Shown piece by piece: positions 1 to 13,790 of a stretch of DNA of 64,000 nt (the stretch's first letter is position 1; each line of letters begins with the position of its first letter). Made by a program: the position numbers and the translations under genes. The DNA lies in contig OZ076415.1 in the NCBI GenBank assembly GCA_964187785.1, positions 3,906,001-3,970,000 on the forward strand. The letters are read 5' to 3'. The notes beneath the pieces were generated by a model. It was not told the origin of the DNA. It did no database searches and saw only the letters and a program-made list of their open reading frames with translations. The DNA is from Amphiscolops sp. MND2022. Taxonomy: Eukaryota.

Positions 1-1
1 T

Positions 2-2010
2 ATCATTCCTTTTGACCTAACTGATACAGAAAATTATATTCCAGCTGATATTCCTAATCTTATAAACCTCATGGTTTCTCATTATTTGTGCAAAACATTA
101 TAGCCTTTGCCAATTCAATTTATTAAATAAAACAAACAAAGCACTGAGGCTCCATCTAATATACAACGCGCTAATGTTCAAGCGGGAGTCTTTTTTGCAC
201 AGCTAAACGAAATGAAGCTTTCCAATGTGAAGCCTATGCTAAAAAAAAAGAACGCAAGATGTGTTTCCTAGGCTCTGCAAAACACAGACGTGTCAATAAA
301 ACTGTTTGGAAATATATGACAATGCCACTTTGTGTTACCCTTGATCCTTTACAATGCAAAAACCTTATTCTACACCTCGTTGGTATTAATAATAAAATAT
401 TGAACAACCTAAATTCTAACAAAACTTTTACCCTTCTTGCAAATCTTTAATTTCAAGAGAAATTAGAACAATTTCAAACTCTGTATTTATATTTAAGAAA
501 ACGCACACTGGTACTTTTATATTTATGCCTGCAGATAAAATCTGGTTTTATGACCCAAAACGCCATCCTTTCCATAATTGTCCCGCTCACCATCAATTTG
601 AAGTCAACGTAATCAGTTAGAGCCTCGCAATTTCTGAAATAGAACTTACATATGACAATAGTGAAAATGTTATGATATCTGATGGGCATACACTATTTTG
701 CTACGTTGCCGATGGTTTCTGCAAACCAACCACAAAAACTCCTTATACTCTGGTTTGGTTTTGTGATGATTTTGTCTCATGTTCACATCACAAAGTTTTG
801 TTGGACGAATGACTAAAAATAGAAGACCGATATTGGATAAAAACTGAGTTTTTATACACTCTTCCGTTCTAAATAAATCGGACAGCAGTCATGGTAGTCA
901 AAGAACTCCCTTCCCATGTGTACACACTCCACATACACAAAATCCACACAATCCTAGTCTTTCACGCTTCGAAGTTTTTCCACATGCTCAAATGTTTTGT
1001 CGGAAACCAGAACCTCTTTATGCAACACAATCTTTAGATATTTTTTACATCCATCATTGGTTTCAAATTGCACACAGGACAACCAAATCCCCCCTCTGTA
1101 TTCGATGAATAAATCTCAGGTCAAAATGTTTCGGACCCTAACAAAAAGACATACGTTTTTCCTGCCCGTAACGTTTCAAATAATTTTGCTACAATTGATT
1201 ACGATGCATGTAATAATCCAAAAATTGAGAATACAAAAAATCATGATCTCTGCTCCATGACAGTACAAGAATTCAACACCCTTCATACAGTATGTGAACC
1301 TACGTACAATACATGCAATGTCACTACAAAACCCTCAACCTGCTGGATTCTTCAACAGGAAAGCGAAGTAACTTTTTTATGTTCAAGGTTCCACTGCTTG
1401 GCTTTTTGACTGTCCGCATTTCCTTTCAGGATTATACGAAGCTGATCGTGGTTTCGATCGTGTTCCTATACATTTCGAAGATACCCCTATGTACGTAGAA
1501 CGAATCACGACAAACTCATTACTATGGTACTCCTATTACATGTGATAAAAATCCTAGAAACGTTATTGAACATGACATTGATTCGGATGACCTAGATTTT
1601 TACATTCTCAGGCCTGAACCAATTGAACGTAAAACACCACTTATTATTACACCATCTCAAATTAAAACTAGAATACCAGCCAACACAATTACAGCTGAAG
1701 ATGCTCGTCTATATTCTAATGCCGAAGTTGATCTGCAACCAAATTATCTTTTCAAAACACTCTGATACTCTTTTACAACTTCAAGGGAAAGCTCTAAGTT
1801 TTACACGATGTGCATTTTTTCGCATACAAAAAAACAACTTTGTACAAACTGCATACCAACAACTTTAACACTCATTTTCAAACTTTACAAAACAATTTCT
1901 ATAAAATTTAATCTTTAACAAAATGTTACTGTTTCTAGTTCTATTGCACATGGATTTTTAACATTCTCATACTCGATATAGTCAATGACTTAATAAAGGA
2001 TACTCATATC
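2..2010 (+). pseudogene. env: Envelope glycoprotein (class III, chuvirus/gB-like) of retroelement copy A, heavily degraded
   Basis: Manual translation gives fragments homologous to the better preserved copy at 32960-35269 (NLMVSHY, KKERKxCF, VTLDPxxCKN, HNCPAHHQFEVN, RYWI, ATIDYDA, SSIAHGF). Many stops and frameshifts. Confidence 0.85.
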
Positions 2011-2559
2011 CAAAGACCACTACCACCCATTAAAAGTTTGCAACAACTTCCACTGTCAACAATAAAAAAACCCATTAGAAGAATCTTCTGATAGGTCAAA
2101 TGATCCAACAAATCCGTCCAATAAACCATCTGGAAATATTTCACCACCAACCACCACCTTTCTACACAAAACGTTCAAACTAATTCCAACTATGACACGA
2201 TTTAAATTCTCTTCAAAACGAAAAAGATCCTTCAATCAACCTAATATGAAAACATCATTAACAAAAGTTCATCACTACCACGATCTACATTACCTCATTT
2301 TTCAAATGTCACTCCTAACTCAAATAATTATTCTTTAAATACCACTCCTGTAAATTATGAAAATAAAAGTCCTGTTAGAGTTTATTCCGAAACAAATTAA
2401 TCTTTCACTCCGCCACCTTTTTTTAGACCAAGTCATTCTGACTTTTCACGTTTTGAGTATAGGCTGCCCTTTAAAACTCCTCAAAAACACTTCATCTTTG
2501 CAACAACAAATTCACTCTTCAAAATTTTCAAAAATAGAAATAACGATTGATAGACCACA

Positions 2560-3700
2560 CAATCCTACTACTAAAGACCGTGTACTTGCACCTCCACCCA
2601 GAGCTTCAGACAAAGCCATTCGTTAGTGTATTTTCATAATTAATCTTCAAATATGACTCAAGCACAACTTGACCTACGAAATCAACTCAAACAGATTACT
2701 ACTGACCTTATAATTTAGCCTCCATTTAACGATTCCCCGGTTCTTTTTGTTAAGCGACGGACCAAGACCAACCTAATACAAATTCAGAACAAAATGAACA
2801 TAATACTCTATCTGCGAAATAACGCACACCTCCCGAAATACTTAATGATAGTACTCGTAAAACACCACCACCTGCGAAAAAGAGTACGAAATAATGAAAG
2901 ATCGTAAATTTTTACTTGACCTGTATATCCACCTATGCTACTTTCAAAACCCTCACTCTAAAAGAAGAAAGATGGATAATTAATACCAATTAGTTCACTC
3001 GACCCTTTCATCTTTAAGTCACAGCTAACTTCTCTATATATGCATCATACTGACTACACCTTCAAACAGCATAAAAATGTTTTAAAAAAATTCTTCACTT
3101 CAATTGCTTCAAAAATTATGTCTCCTTACCAGTATTGGCTTGAAAACGCTGTAAAACTTTTCTCATTACAGGTAATTTTTCTTCGCCTGTGTGTATACTA
3201 CTTGAGAACAGATGAATCTTTTCCTTCCTTTCTTTCTATTTCACAAAAAGTCACCCATCACCAATCAAACACAAAAAAATTACAGTACAAAAAAACTCAA
3301 CACTACATTTTCGCAAAGTGCAAAAATACTTCTCCATTCAGAATGACCAACATGTATACACTTGATCAATCTAAAATTACAGACTATCTACGAATCTATG
3401 ATCCTAATAGACAATATTTCTGCATACTTCCTCACAATGATACAAATCTCCGGCTTATTGTACTTCAAGAGTATTTGAAACTTTTCCACAATTTTTTGCT
3501 GCCCTGCAATATTTCTTCACAAATTGTCGAATAGTCTTTTTTAAACATCTCGTTTCTTCGCCTTTCGACGACAACGTTACTTCATACTATGCATCATTTT
3601 CCAAACAGTCCTCTTCTTATAATGCACTACTCTATATTTCAACACAAGTAAATTCTTTCACGGTGAAATCTGAACAACACATAGAACACAAGACTATTGA
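2560..3700 (+). pseudogene. Accessory ORF-X3 downstream of env (unknown function)
   Basis: Includes ORF 3040..3534. MTNMYTLDQSKITDYLRIYDPNRQYFCILPHND matches MTHLNTLDHSRITDYQRNYDLIKQYYCLWPFND in the inverted copy (42631..42930). Confidence 0.7.
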
Positions 3701-4114
3701 GCGCCCTTGATCCCCTTCTGGAACATCATCTCAACCTACCTCTGACAAAATGCCTAATCTTCGTACACTTCGCGAAATAAAACAAAAACTCGACTGAATT
3801 GAACGTACTTCAAAAGTCCTTCAACCCCTTGAATTGGATTTGCAACGAATCTCTCAATCTTCACAGGCAATTCAATCTGCTTTACAACCAATGACTACCC
3901 AATAAATATTGTTACAACTTAACGGGTAAAACAAACTTTTTTAAATTTCTGGACCACTTCTGCTTTTCTGGTCTTCTACATTTATTTTGTACCCGTAATA
4001 CGTGTAACATTTTGAAACTGTTTTTCACATATAGTACATCTAAAGTTTTCTTACAATTTTGGTACGCTCGTTTTCTCTTTTGCACATCATTATATGGAAG
4101 TTTAATATACAAGA

Positions 4115-4807
4115 TTGAACATCAAACATCTCTATGCTACTTCTATCTTACTCGATGTACTTCGATCTTTCATTACGAATTTATATTACAAATCATCCGC
4201 ATCATCAGAAGTCCGCCATTCAGACTTCTTCTGTTTAAAAAACTTCTCTCATTTCAATACGTTCTTTGCCTCTTTCAACGTCTTCTCTGCCTCTGCATCC
4301 TTGGTCTACTCCAACAACTACTACATAATTTTACCAGGACTTCACTCAATCTTCTTCTTTATTCCATCAGCATCCACGTCCACCACTTCATTCTACCAGG
4401 ATTTGCCTCTCAGCTCGTTGTTTCCTTCCTCTCTTCCACCCAGTCACAGTCATGGCTCCTCCCGCACCTACATTGGTTCCAACAACTACAACAGCTCAAA
4501 ATTTGAAGGCAGCCAACTTTCACACCACATGGCATTCGAGTTACCCTTTGATATCAACAATGATAGAAGTACCGCCGCTACTACTCGTTCTTCCCTCAAG
4601 GTTTTGTATGCAGAATTAAGTTATAAGTCCGATGATGTCTTCATTATCGACTCGTCTTTCGCCAAAAAAGATCAATTCTTCCACCTTGCACTCGAAGAAG
4701 CCCGAGATGTCTTCAACACGGTCGTGCGTGACTTGGATATTAGCTCAGAAAAGTACAGTCCAGCTATACACCAAACTAATCCTCCGCAACACAACCCACT
4801 TTACTAA
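4115..4807 (+). CDS. Accessory ORF-X4 (S-rich N-half, helical C-half; unknown function)
   Basis: 230-aa ORF. DVFIIDSSFAKKDQFFHLALEEARDVFNTVVRDLDIS aligns with NVFAFDCTSFKQRIF*FLHVVQEAVNAFNSVLKDFGFS on the minus strand at about 41600-41780. Confidence 0.6.
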   Translation: MNIKHLYATSILLDVLRSFITNLYYKSSASSEVRHSDFFCLKNFSHFNTFFASFNVFSASASLVYSNNYYIILPGLHSIFFFIPSASTSTTSFYQDLPLSSLFPSSLPPSHSHGSSRTYIGSNNYNSSKFEGSQLSHHMAFELPFDINNDRSTAATTRSSLKVLYAELSYKSDDVFIIDSSFAKKDQFFHLALEEARDVFNTVVRDLDISSEKYSPAIHQTNPPQHNPLY

Positions 4808-5129
4808 CCTTCATGACTCCAGGTTCACTCTTCTGTCTTCTCTTTCGCAGTCACTTGCTGATGAATTCTTCACTTCGTTGTCCTCTGCTGGAACTTCTTT
4901 TTCACTTTCTCATCTTGACCTCCAATGCTGGTGACCCAAGATGCCCATCCTTCGCTGAACTTCTCTCCACGACTTCAAATCACCACAGCTCTTCTTTGAC
5001 ACAACCAGTTATCTTTCCATCGTATTCAATTTTGTCGCTGTTTTCAGCAGCCTCACTTGCAAAACTCGATTCTCCAATGCAAACTCCTCAATGCTTCAAA
5101 CTTTAGACAGTGTTGAAACTCTAACCACC

Positions 5130-5900
5130 TAATCCTAGTCCTTTCTACTATTTTGCAATCTTGTATTCCATACTATTAACCGCAATTAAAATCGTGTACT
5201 CGTATAATGTTTTAATTACCAATTTTTGTACTACTTTCAGCAATAATTCTGTATCTACGCATTGTATGTAATCTTGTAATCTTGTAATCTTGTACTCATA
5301 TTAACAACCGTCCTAGGTAATGTATATTTTTAGTGCTTAGTACAAACCTCCTTCTTATATTACTTCATATCTACCATTTTACATTTTTGAATGACTTTCT
5401 TTTCATAAAGAACAAGATTCTCTTTTTTTGAACACTTTTCACCTAAAATCCAAAGTTTGAAAAAACTATTCCAACGGCTGTTCTTCACTTTGTTGAAAAT
5501 GAAATAGAACTTGAACGAGACCTTTGAATCTTTTTGACATCACATTTTGTTCACAACCCGCCAATGTTAGTTCATATTCCATTGACAACTTGTAATTAGC
5601 ATTCTTCAACTTCAGAAAAGTTTCACTTTCGAATGCTCTGGTTAAAGAACATAGATTGACACTAAAATCGACTCCTAAAAAATTTCAAATAGAACATACA
5701 AACCAAGTTGTCATTAAATAACTTGAACGCAAGTGTCATGTAAAATTTGAACTGCAAAAACGTTGCACGTGGACGTCAAATGACATCAGAAGTTGAAACC
5801 GTCAAATAGGTTGTTCGCATTCTTAAGTATTGTACACTCCTCAAACGTGATCTTGACAACAACTCAATGACAACCTAAATCAACCTTCAGAACTTCTCAT
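5130..5900. repeat. Non-coding 3' region, candidate LTR between copy A and copy B
   Basis: Shares GTTCACAACCCGCCAATGTTA with the 3' region of the inverted copy (minus strand about 40925-40950). It separates ORF-X4 from the next leader and gag. No TG..CA boundaries or second copy could be fixed. Confidence 0.35.
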
Positions 5901-7289
5901 AAGACTTCACTTCTGAAACAAAAGCTTCTGAAACTTCAGTGCATACATATATTTCAGTATTTCAAATTCCTTGTTGATTGTGATGCCATGATGCATTTCC
6001 CAAAGTATGTTCATTATCTTGAAAGTATCTGAACTCTTAGACCCAAAAACTTGACAGATGCCACTTCATTCAGAAGTTACACTTTAGAATTAAGATGCTT
6101 ACATTTATTATCTCATAATAGTTAATCTCATAGATAATCTCATAATAGTTTCATTGAAAAAGTAATCTTCCTGTGACCCTCTGAACGAGATATAATCCAA
6201 TGTAATCACTGAAGTAGTTATTGTAACTTTATAATCAGAAAAACAACTTGAATCTTTTATACTGGAAGCCTTCTGAGTTAGGCGAGAAACTAGCTTAAAC
6301 TCTGAGATCTTAGTTAGATTAAAACTTGTAGAAATAGAGAAAAGCTAACTATGTAACACACTTTCGCTCAGAACTTAGAAAGCTCTTATGTCTCATCTAA
6401 AACATCTAAAAGCAAACATCCTTCTAATTCTAAGCAGTACTGAAGCCCTCGCAACTAAGAAAGAAACTAAAGAAATTCTGAGACCTCAGTCGGTCTAGAT
6501 TTTGTGAAAATTAATGATGAGCTAGCTATGTGAAACGGTTTTGCTTAGAACTTAGAAACTTCTTATGTCTCATCTAAAAGAACCAACAACTAACATAAGA
6601 CTATTTCTACGTAGTACTTTTGGTGCGACCACGAAAATTGTCTTCTCTCTTCTCTTTGTTTCACACATCCACTCAAATTGTACTTCCTTCCGCAATGTTT
6701 CCATACGCTACTTCTTTGTTCGACACACAGTCTCTTCTGCTTTTTTTTTCATCAGCATCCGCTATTATTTCAACGTTCCAACCAATTTTCTTTGAAAATT
6801 TATCGTGTTTATACTTTACTGACTACCAAGACTATTTCCAGTCAGTTATTCTACATATCCGTTCCAACTACATAAACGTGATTCGTGTTGATTGCAATAT
6901 TTTCGTTCCAACACTTTCAAAGTGACACGTGTTAAAATACTGCTCCGTTCCAACCACTACCTAAATAACTCGTGTTGAATTTTTGTCATCGTTTCAACCG
7001 CAGACGTACGATACGTGTTGGTTTTTCTAGAGTGCTATCCAGCGATTTCTGCTAGTTGAGACTCCTGTTCTAGCCGCTTGGATAAGCTCGTTACGAGTTG
7101 GCCCACGGTTTGAACAAACGTTTTTCACACTCTATTCACACATTCTTTTATACATCTTCACCTATTTTACATCTCTTTTTCAAACAGTGCCAGGGGATTT
7201 ATAACACGATTAAATATTTTACATTTAAGATAAAACCTATTGTACCACATACTTAGTGTAATACATTCAACGAAAGTACAATTCTGTAT

Positions 7290-7650
7290 TTGGCTTCAGC
7301 TGATGATATAGTACGATTCATTATTTGTCTCTGGTTCTCTCTTGAACAACTTGCAAGTCTTGCTCTTTTCTCTGATAAATTTTTAGTACCGTTTCATCCT
7401 AAATTCCAACTTATAATACTATAATTACGATTGCAAACATAGTACTCTCTCTTTTTGGACTTCTTGGTATAAAACATACTCTTTGTACTCTCATCTCATT
7501 AATACATAACAAAATTCTACCATTCCTAGTATAGTAGTTGTAATCTTTATTCAAATTGGATTTGTAGATCAAATTCTTCCATGTAATACTAATTACAATA
7601 CAAAATATCCTATTTTCCAATACATCTATTATCTATAGAAAATTATTCAG
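7290..7650 (+). pseudogene. ORF0, hydrophobic multi-TM protein upstream of gag (copy B)
   Basis: ADDIVRFIICLWFSLEQLASLALFSDKFLVPF...LSLFGLL...IFIQIGFVDQILP, homologous to 16337-16741. Confidence 0.65.
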
Positions 7651-7686
7651 ATCTCATATCGCACATACAAACTTGTACTAATCAAA

Positions 7687-10600
7687 ATGCTTCCAACACC
7701 ATTTATATTATCAGTTCAACAATGAAGAAAAGTACGTTTTTTTAAGAAAAAAAGATGTTAAACCATACTTACATGATATTGTTTGTTTTCGCGACGCAAA
7801 CCATCTTCCATTTGAAACAGACCCACATTCGATACAAACTATACCCAAACTTAGAGAACACGCATACTCCTATTTTTTTACTTTAGATCCAAAATACTGG
7901 ATACGACTCCATCACAAACACCTTTTCAAATTAATAAATTATTTCTATTCGCGTCCCAAAATTATTTTCAGGAACCTTTTACAGAACAATTTATCCACGA
8001 AATATAACACCTTCTGTTCAAGAGGTTTCAATAATTATACAAATAAATTGATAGAAAACAATAAAATCTTGAGATTGCCTTTTTATTGCTTTCTTTATTC
8101 GAAGTCCGATAGAAAAACATAAATAGTTTGAATTACCCGGTCTTGAACAAAGATTCAATGACATAATAACCTTCATTACTGGTTACAAGAAGATATCTTA
8201 CAAATCAAAGAAATTCACTGCGAATTCTTTCAGAACATTATAATCAATGAAGATACCCTCCAACATTTTTTTTCACGATTTCTTCTAAAATGCTTCAGAT
8301 TCAACCATTAACTATTATGAGAACAATAAAATCAAGCTGTTTATCTTCACTTCTCACAAGTACTTACAGAAACAGAACTTTCACCATTCAGTTTATATTC
8401 TCAAAAAACTTTGCTACAACAAAGATCTTACCACCTTTCATACATCTTTTCTAGAACAAATAACTCTTGATTATCATTTTACTACAGAACAAGCAGAAAC
8501 ATCTGAGAATAGACCATACACATCCTTCAATGTTATCTCTGAAACATCCTTTGATAATGGCAATCTAGAAATAATACAACAACATCTGAATGATACAGAT
8601 GAAGCCCTATGTCACGACCAACAAGACACCTCAAGAAAATCTTTATGAAGATGCTCCTCAGGAACAATCCACATCACAACATAATACTACAACGCATGAA
8701 CAACAAAGAACTCTTGATATTCAGAATTTATCTAATCCTTCAAATGTAATCACAAATATTCAACCTAGTTTAACAATTACAACAGATCCTAATTTATTAG
8801 ACATACCTACTAGACATTTAACAGAACATGAACGTAACACTCAACAAATTGATGATACGTCAACGATATCAACATCGAAAACAAACATTACATAACTGTT
8901 TCAAACTCAATTTATATTACCACGGAAATATGAACCACCTCATGTTCCATCTCAATATTCTACACATAAAACCCCACAAGGTTCGTCAAAAGAATTTTTA
9001 TGGGAATACAACACGAAACCCATCAGAATTTCAATTTCATACAAGCACTCCAACAAGAAAGCCACCTCATCAAACATTACTATACGCACCTGCTCAAACC
9101 TCTAATACAGAAAATGCTCAACCTGTTTTAACTGATAAAACATACTCCTAACACTTTATCTAAGTACTACCTCTCGAAACTTATCTCGACCTCCATTACA
9201 AACCAATCCTACAAATCCACTTTCATACAGTTTAACAAATGCAAATCCAAATAATACACAAAAAGTTTTTACAAATAATCCTGATATTAATTATACAAAG
9301 ATACACTCTCTTCCAACATCACACTGGTCTAATCACACCCAAAAGACAGTAGAAAATTCACATTCTCAAACATCAAATATTCCTTCAACTAATATCAGAA
9401 CAAATCCTCACAATAATATTACATCTACTCCACTATCTACAACCATACAAAATATACCTGCCAATCCTTCCACTACCCCAACCTATCATTCAATACCACC
9501 TTTTACCAAACGCTCTTCAACAAAATCTAACCCAACATATATAAATTCTTCTGCATCTATTTCTGAACCTAATAAACCCATCGCTGGTTTAGACCATAAT
9601 TGTACACCTGAAAGGTAATCAAAGTATATTGAGGCACCTGTTACTTTCTCATTAGGTTTAAAATCTAATGCAGATCATGAAAACAAATTCTAGGACGCTA
9701 GACTAGAGGTATGGCTGTTATACAAGGTTCATTGACTGCTACAGCTCTCAGTTGGTACATGCATTTAGATGACACATATAAATAAGACTGGTCTGCTTTT
9801 GTACAAGCATTTAAACAACAATTTTCACATAAAAATGATTTTTATACACAAGTAGAAGCTCTCAATCTTGCCAAGAAACAACAAAACAGTACGCAACTTT
9901 GCTCTTAAGTTCAACAACCGATTGAAAAAGGCTGGTGCAAAGAAAACAAAAAACTTAAAGTGCAATGAAATCTTCATCAAAGGTCTTCCAAAAACATTGC
10001 AAAGACTTTGCCAATAAAAGACAAGTGAATACTTCTACTGTTTGAGAACCTTCTATTCCTTTTCATACACTAGTAAAACACTTTGACGCTGAAGATATAG
10101 CTAATAACAAAATACGTACACATGATCTTCATCTTGAACCTAATAAATTTACAAAACAATTCCAAGCACAAACTATTGATTCCCCTCAAAACGACCAACT
10201 TATGTTAACACAACCTCGAGACCCTAATAACAAAACAAAACCTGCATACAAAAAAACTTGCTCTTACTGTCACACATCTAAGCATTCCATCTCAGCTTGT
10301 TTTAAGATACGAAGAGATGACAAAGACAAACGAGAAACTTTTGCTAGATCAAAATCCCCTCAAAAGTAAATTGAACAGTACTTTTGTTTTCCTTCCAATG
10401 CTAGAAGAAAAACGACATGATTCTCAATAACCAAGTCGAAGTACATCACGCATAAATAAAAAAAATGTAATTAAAAAAAAACACCTGACAAAACAGATTT
10501 TGTTCTGCATCTAGAGATCGCTTTGCTGATGACAAAAGTACCACTTTGGATTCTTTTCTCAAGGTAAAGCTGCAGCCTGTGCAGATAATATACAAAACTC
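7687..10600 (+). pseudogene. gag: gag (copy B)
   Basis: ATG at 7687. GLDHN CA-region motif at about 9585. CSYCHTSKHSISAC (CX2CX4HX4C) at about 10258-10300. Confidence 0.8.
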
Positions 10601-10619
10601 TACAAATCGTTCTGCTAAA

Positions 10620-13600
10620 ATACCTACAGGACATTTTGACTACACAGGAGTTCCAATCACAAACGAAAAACGTAAATATTACCAAATTAATGATATCAAC
10701 TCTTTAGTTTACAATGTTGCTCATAAATATCATCCAGATTTTACTGAACTGATACCACAAACCAAATATTCTCCTCAATACACTGATTATACACCTTCTA
10801 TACCTTCCGATAAAACAAAAAATTACAATGCTACTCATAAAAATGAACTTGGAAAATTTTATACTCCTATTCGCAATGAACTCCAACCAAATGCTCAACA
10901 TCTGACACAACGTCCATCCAACGTTCCAATACATTATAGAGACAAATTGAATGCTCTTCCTAAAGAACTAGAAAACTGAATATTATTAAGCAAATTGGTT
11001 CATCTACACATGATAAACCTACCTAAGGTTCTACCTATCTAAATCCCCTTATCGTCAATTCTAAAGGCGACTCTTTCTATTGTGTATTAGACGCAAGACA
11101 CCTTAACTCTAGCGCAAATCAATCTGACGAATCATGGCCTATTGAACCTCTTGCTTTCCAACTTGCACGAGCAAACGAAAAATGTAAATGTGCAATTGAC
11201 CTTGTGTACGTTTATGCTCACACACCTCTTCACAAAGAAAACATAAATCTAACTAGTTCTTCATCCGGTGATAAACTTTTTGCCTTCATTAAAAGAGTGT
11301 ACGATCTTAAAGGCCTCCCCAATCAAACATCATCATTCTTCAAAACTGAATGATATCACCATTCTTCAAAATATATATTACTTCTATCTAACTCTTGAGA
11401 ACACAGGTTCCAACCTATTGAACAAATTCACCTTATTAGTACAAAACACAACCTTTCTTCATGTTACTAAACGTCTAAATTCTTGGACATGAAATTGATT
11501 ACAATACTATAAAAACCAATCAATTCCAAAAATGCTGCTTTTCAAAATGTTTTCTCACCGATGAAGTTGCACTTATGAGTTTCATCGGTGCACTCAACCT
11601 TGATACAAAATTCCTAGAAACACTACATGGCCACGTTCAACCCCTCTATGATCTTTTACTTGAAAAAATCACTTGGAACTGTAGTTCTGAACACAAATTT
11701 CAATTACAACAAATAAAATCTTCTCTTACATCCGTTTTTGAACTTACAATACCTAATACAAAACATCCTTTTTTAAAACAGTCGATGTTTCCTTAATTGA
11801 ATTAGGCGCATTCCTTTTCCAATTCAATGACGAAAACAAAGTGAAAGGTATTCCTTGCAACGCTCGCATTCTTAACCCACGAGAAGAAAATTTTCCACTC
11901 TTGATTGTGAACTTCTCGGTATTGTACATGCATTACAAAATTATGAAATTATCATTATTGGATCCAATTGGAGTTTTCACAGACTATAAACCTCTGTTAC
12001 ACTGTTTCACAAAATAGGAAACCATAGTCCACTATTGTATCGTGCTCAAATGCAATTGACAAAATTCTCCAAAATCAAAACCATTCACAAACCTGGAAAA
12101 ACATCGCTGACTTAATCAGTCGGTCTTTTACAATAACTGAAATAAAACTTGACCAACTTAATCATAAACAACTTCCTCCACAAATTGAATAATTTTACAT
12201 GTCGTACCTTTAAATCTGTACATAATGCTATTGAGACAGAACGATCTAACAAACTTACCACACACTGGTCACAAATTACTTCTCTTTATGACACAAATAC
12301 AAAAACTATTTCCAAGGCTTCTTCTTACCTGACGACTACTCCTTAGACCTAAAAACTTCTAAACAACAACAATCCCAAGATCCAGTTTTTGAAACTATAT
12401 ACTACTGGCTTTCTCATAATATTAAACCCGAATTCTTAACATATCAATTTGTTTTAGATGATTCTACTAATTTAGTTACCCTGTATTCAAAAGCACAGAA
12501 CTCTTCAACAACACTCTCAACCCAAAACAACACAATTCATCAAACCAGATTCAAAATGTGTCTTCCCTTTCGTCTTTTCAAAACTTTCAATAAACTTCAT
12601 GATCGTTTTCATACTGGTCATACTTACAACACCTCCTCACATTAATATTACATACCCTTTCTTCAAAAATGGCTTTCCATTTTTATACATGATCGTCTGG
12701 AAGGTCAACGAAACAAGCATTTTAATCAGAAAGTTCGAACAGGTTCAATTCAATCCTTTCTAGCACATGCTGCCTCTTTAAATTACAGAATTTCACCGGA
12801 CACAAAAGACCCGATCAATCCTTCTTCACGGAACAAAACATACATACATACAAGTCATAGTCGACGCTTAGCCATTTTGTTGCCACAGTTGATATCAAAG
12901 CTAACAACGCTAAAACTGCTGTTAAATCACTTCTTCACCATCGGGTAGTCAAGTTTGGCCCACCTATATACTTCGTCACTGATCGTGGATCAGTATATTT
13001 TAACACTGATATGGCACAACTCTGTACTCTTATTGGATTTCTTCCTCATATAACACCTTACTCCCTTGAACATATGAACTCGTTGAAGTTCAAAACCTTG
13101 GTACACATCTCCGTATGTTCCTCCAAAACACTCCAAAAGACTGGGCTCATCAAGTCCATATGTACGCATATGCACATATTTCAAATCGTCATTCTTCTTT
13201 AAACGTTTCTCTTCTTGAAATTGTTTTTCACACACGTCCTAGAATTTCACTAGTATTCGACTTAAACCTTAATCGAGATTCGAACAGAACATGTATGTCA
13301 CTTTGTTGATCTACGTGAACATTCACACTATGACAAAAGAGATCTTAATATTTTCGTTTACTGTACACTTTCTAAACTTCTCCCTCTATGGTTTCTTGCT
13401 GTTGAAACAGCTACGCTACAAGTTTATTGAACTGTTTACGACAACACTCTTCGTGAAGTTACATCTGAAGCTTATATTACAAAAACCATCTTGAAGGAAA
13501 ACCTCTGTCTTTCTGAATTTTTGTTCTAAAACGAAACTTTGCACACGTTCAATTCTCTGACAAACTAAAACCCCTTCGGATTGGACCACATGAACTACTT

Positions 13601-13790
13601 GACCGCCTTTCTGATGATCGTTCTGAACTATGAACTTCTTTCTCAAGATGGCTCCGTTTTTCATTCACATCGAAACTATTTGATACCCTATTGTCGAAAA
13701 GAACCTCTTTGTACACTCATCTCCGTAATTTCATGCGTACGTCAGACTCAACATGACAATCCAAAACCAATTAAATATGCTAATCGCGAC
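10620..13790 (+). pseudogene. pol: pol remnant: RT, RNase H, integrase (copy B)
   Basis: AIDLVYVYAHTPL, SFIGALN, FTDYKPL, VTDRGS and KLKPLRIG motifs, with many disruptions. Confidence 0.85.

Noticed and set aside
4012-5106. ORFs 4012..4506, 4632..4934, 4813..5106 and a minus-strand reading of X4
   Set aside because: Cross-copy conservation is best in the 4115..4807 frame. The others follow from low-G composition, although 4813..5106 could be a frameshifted continuation.
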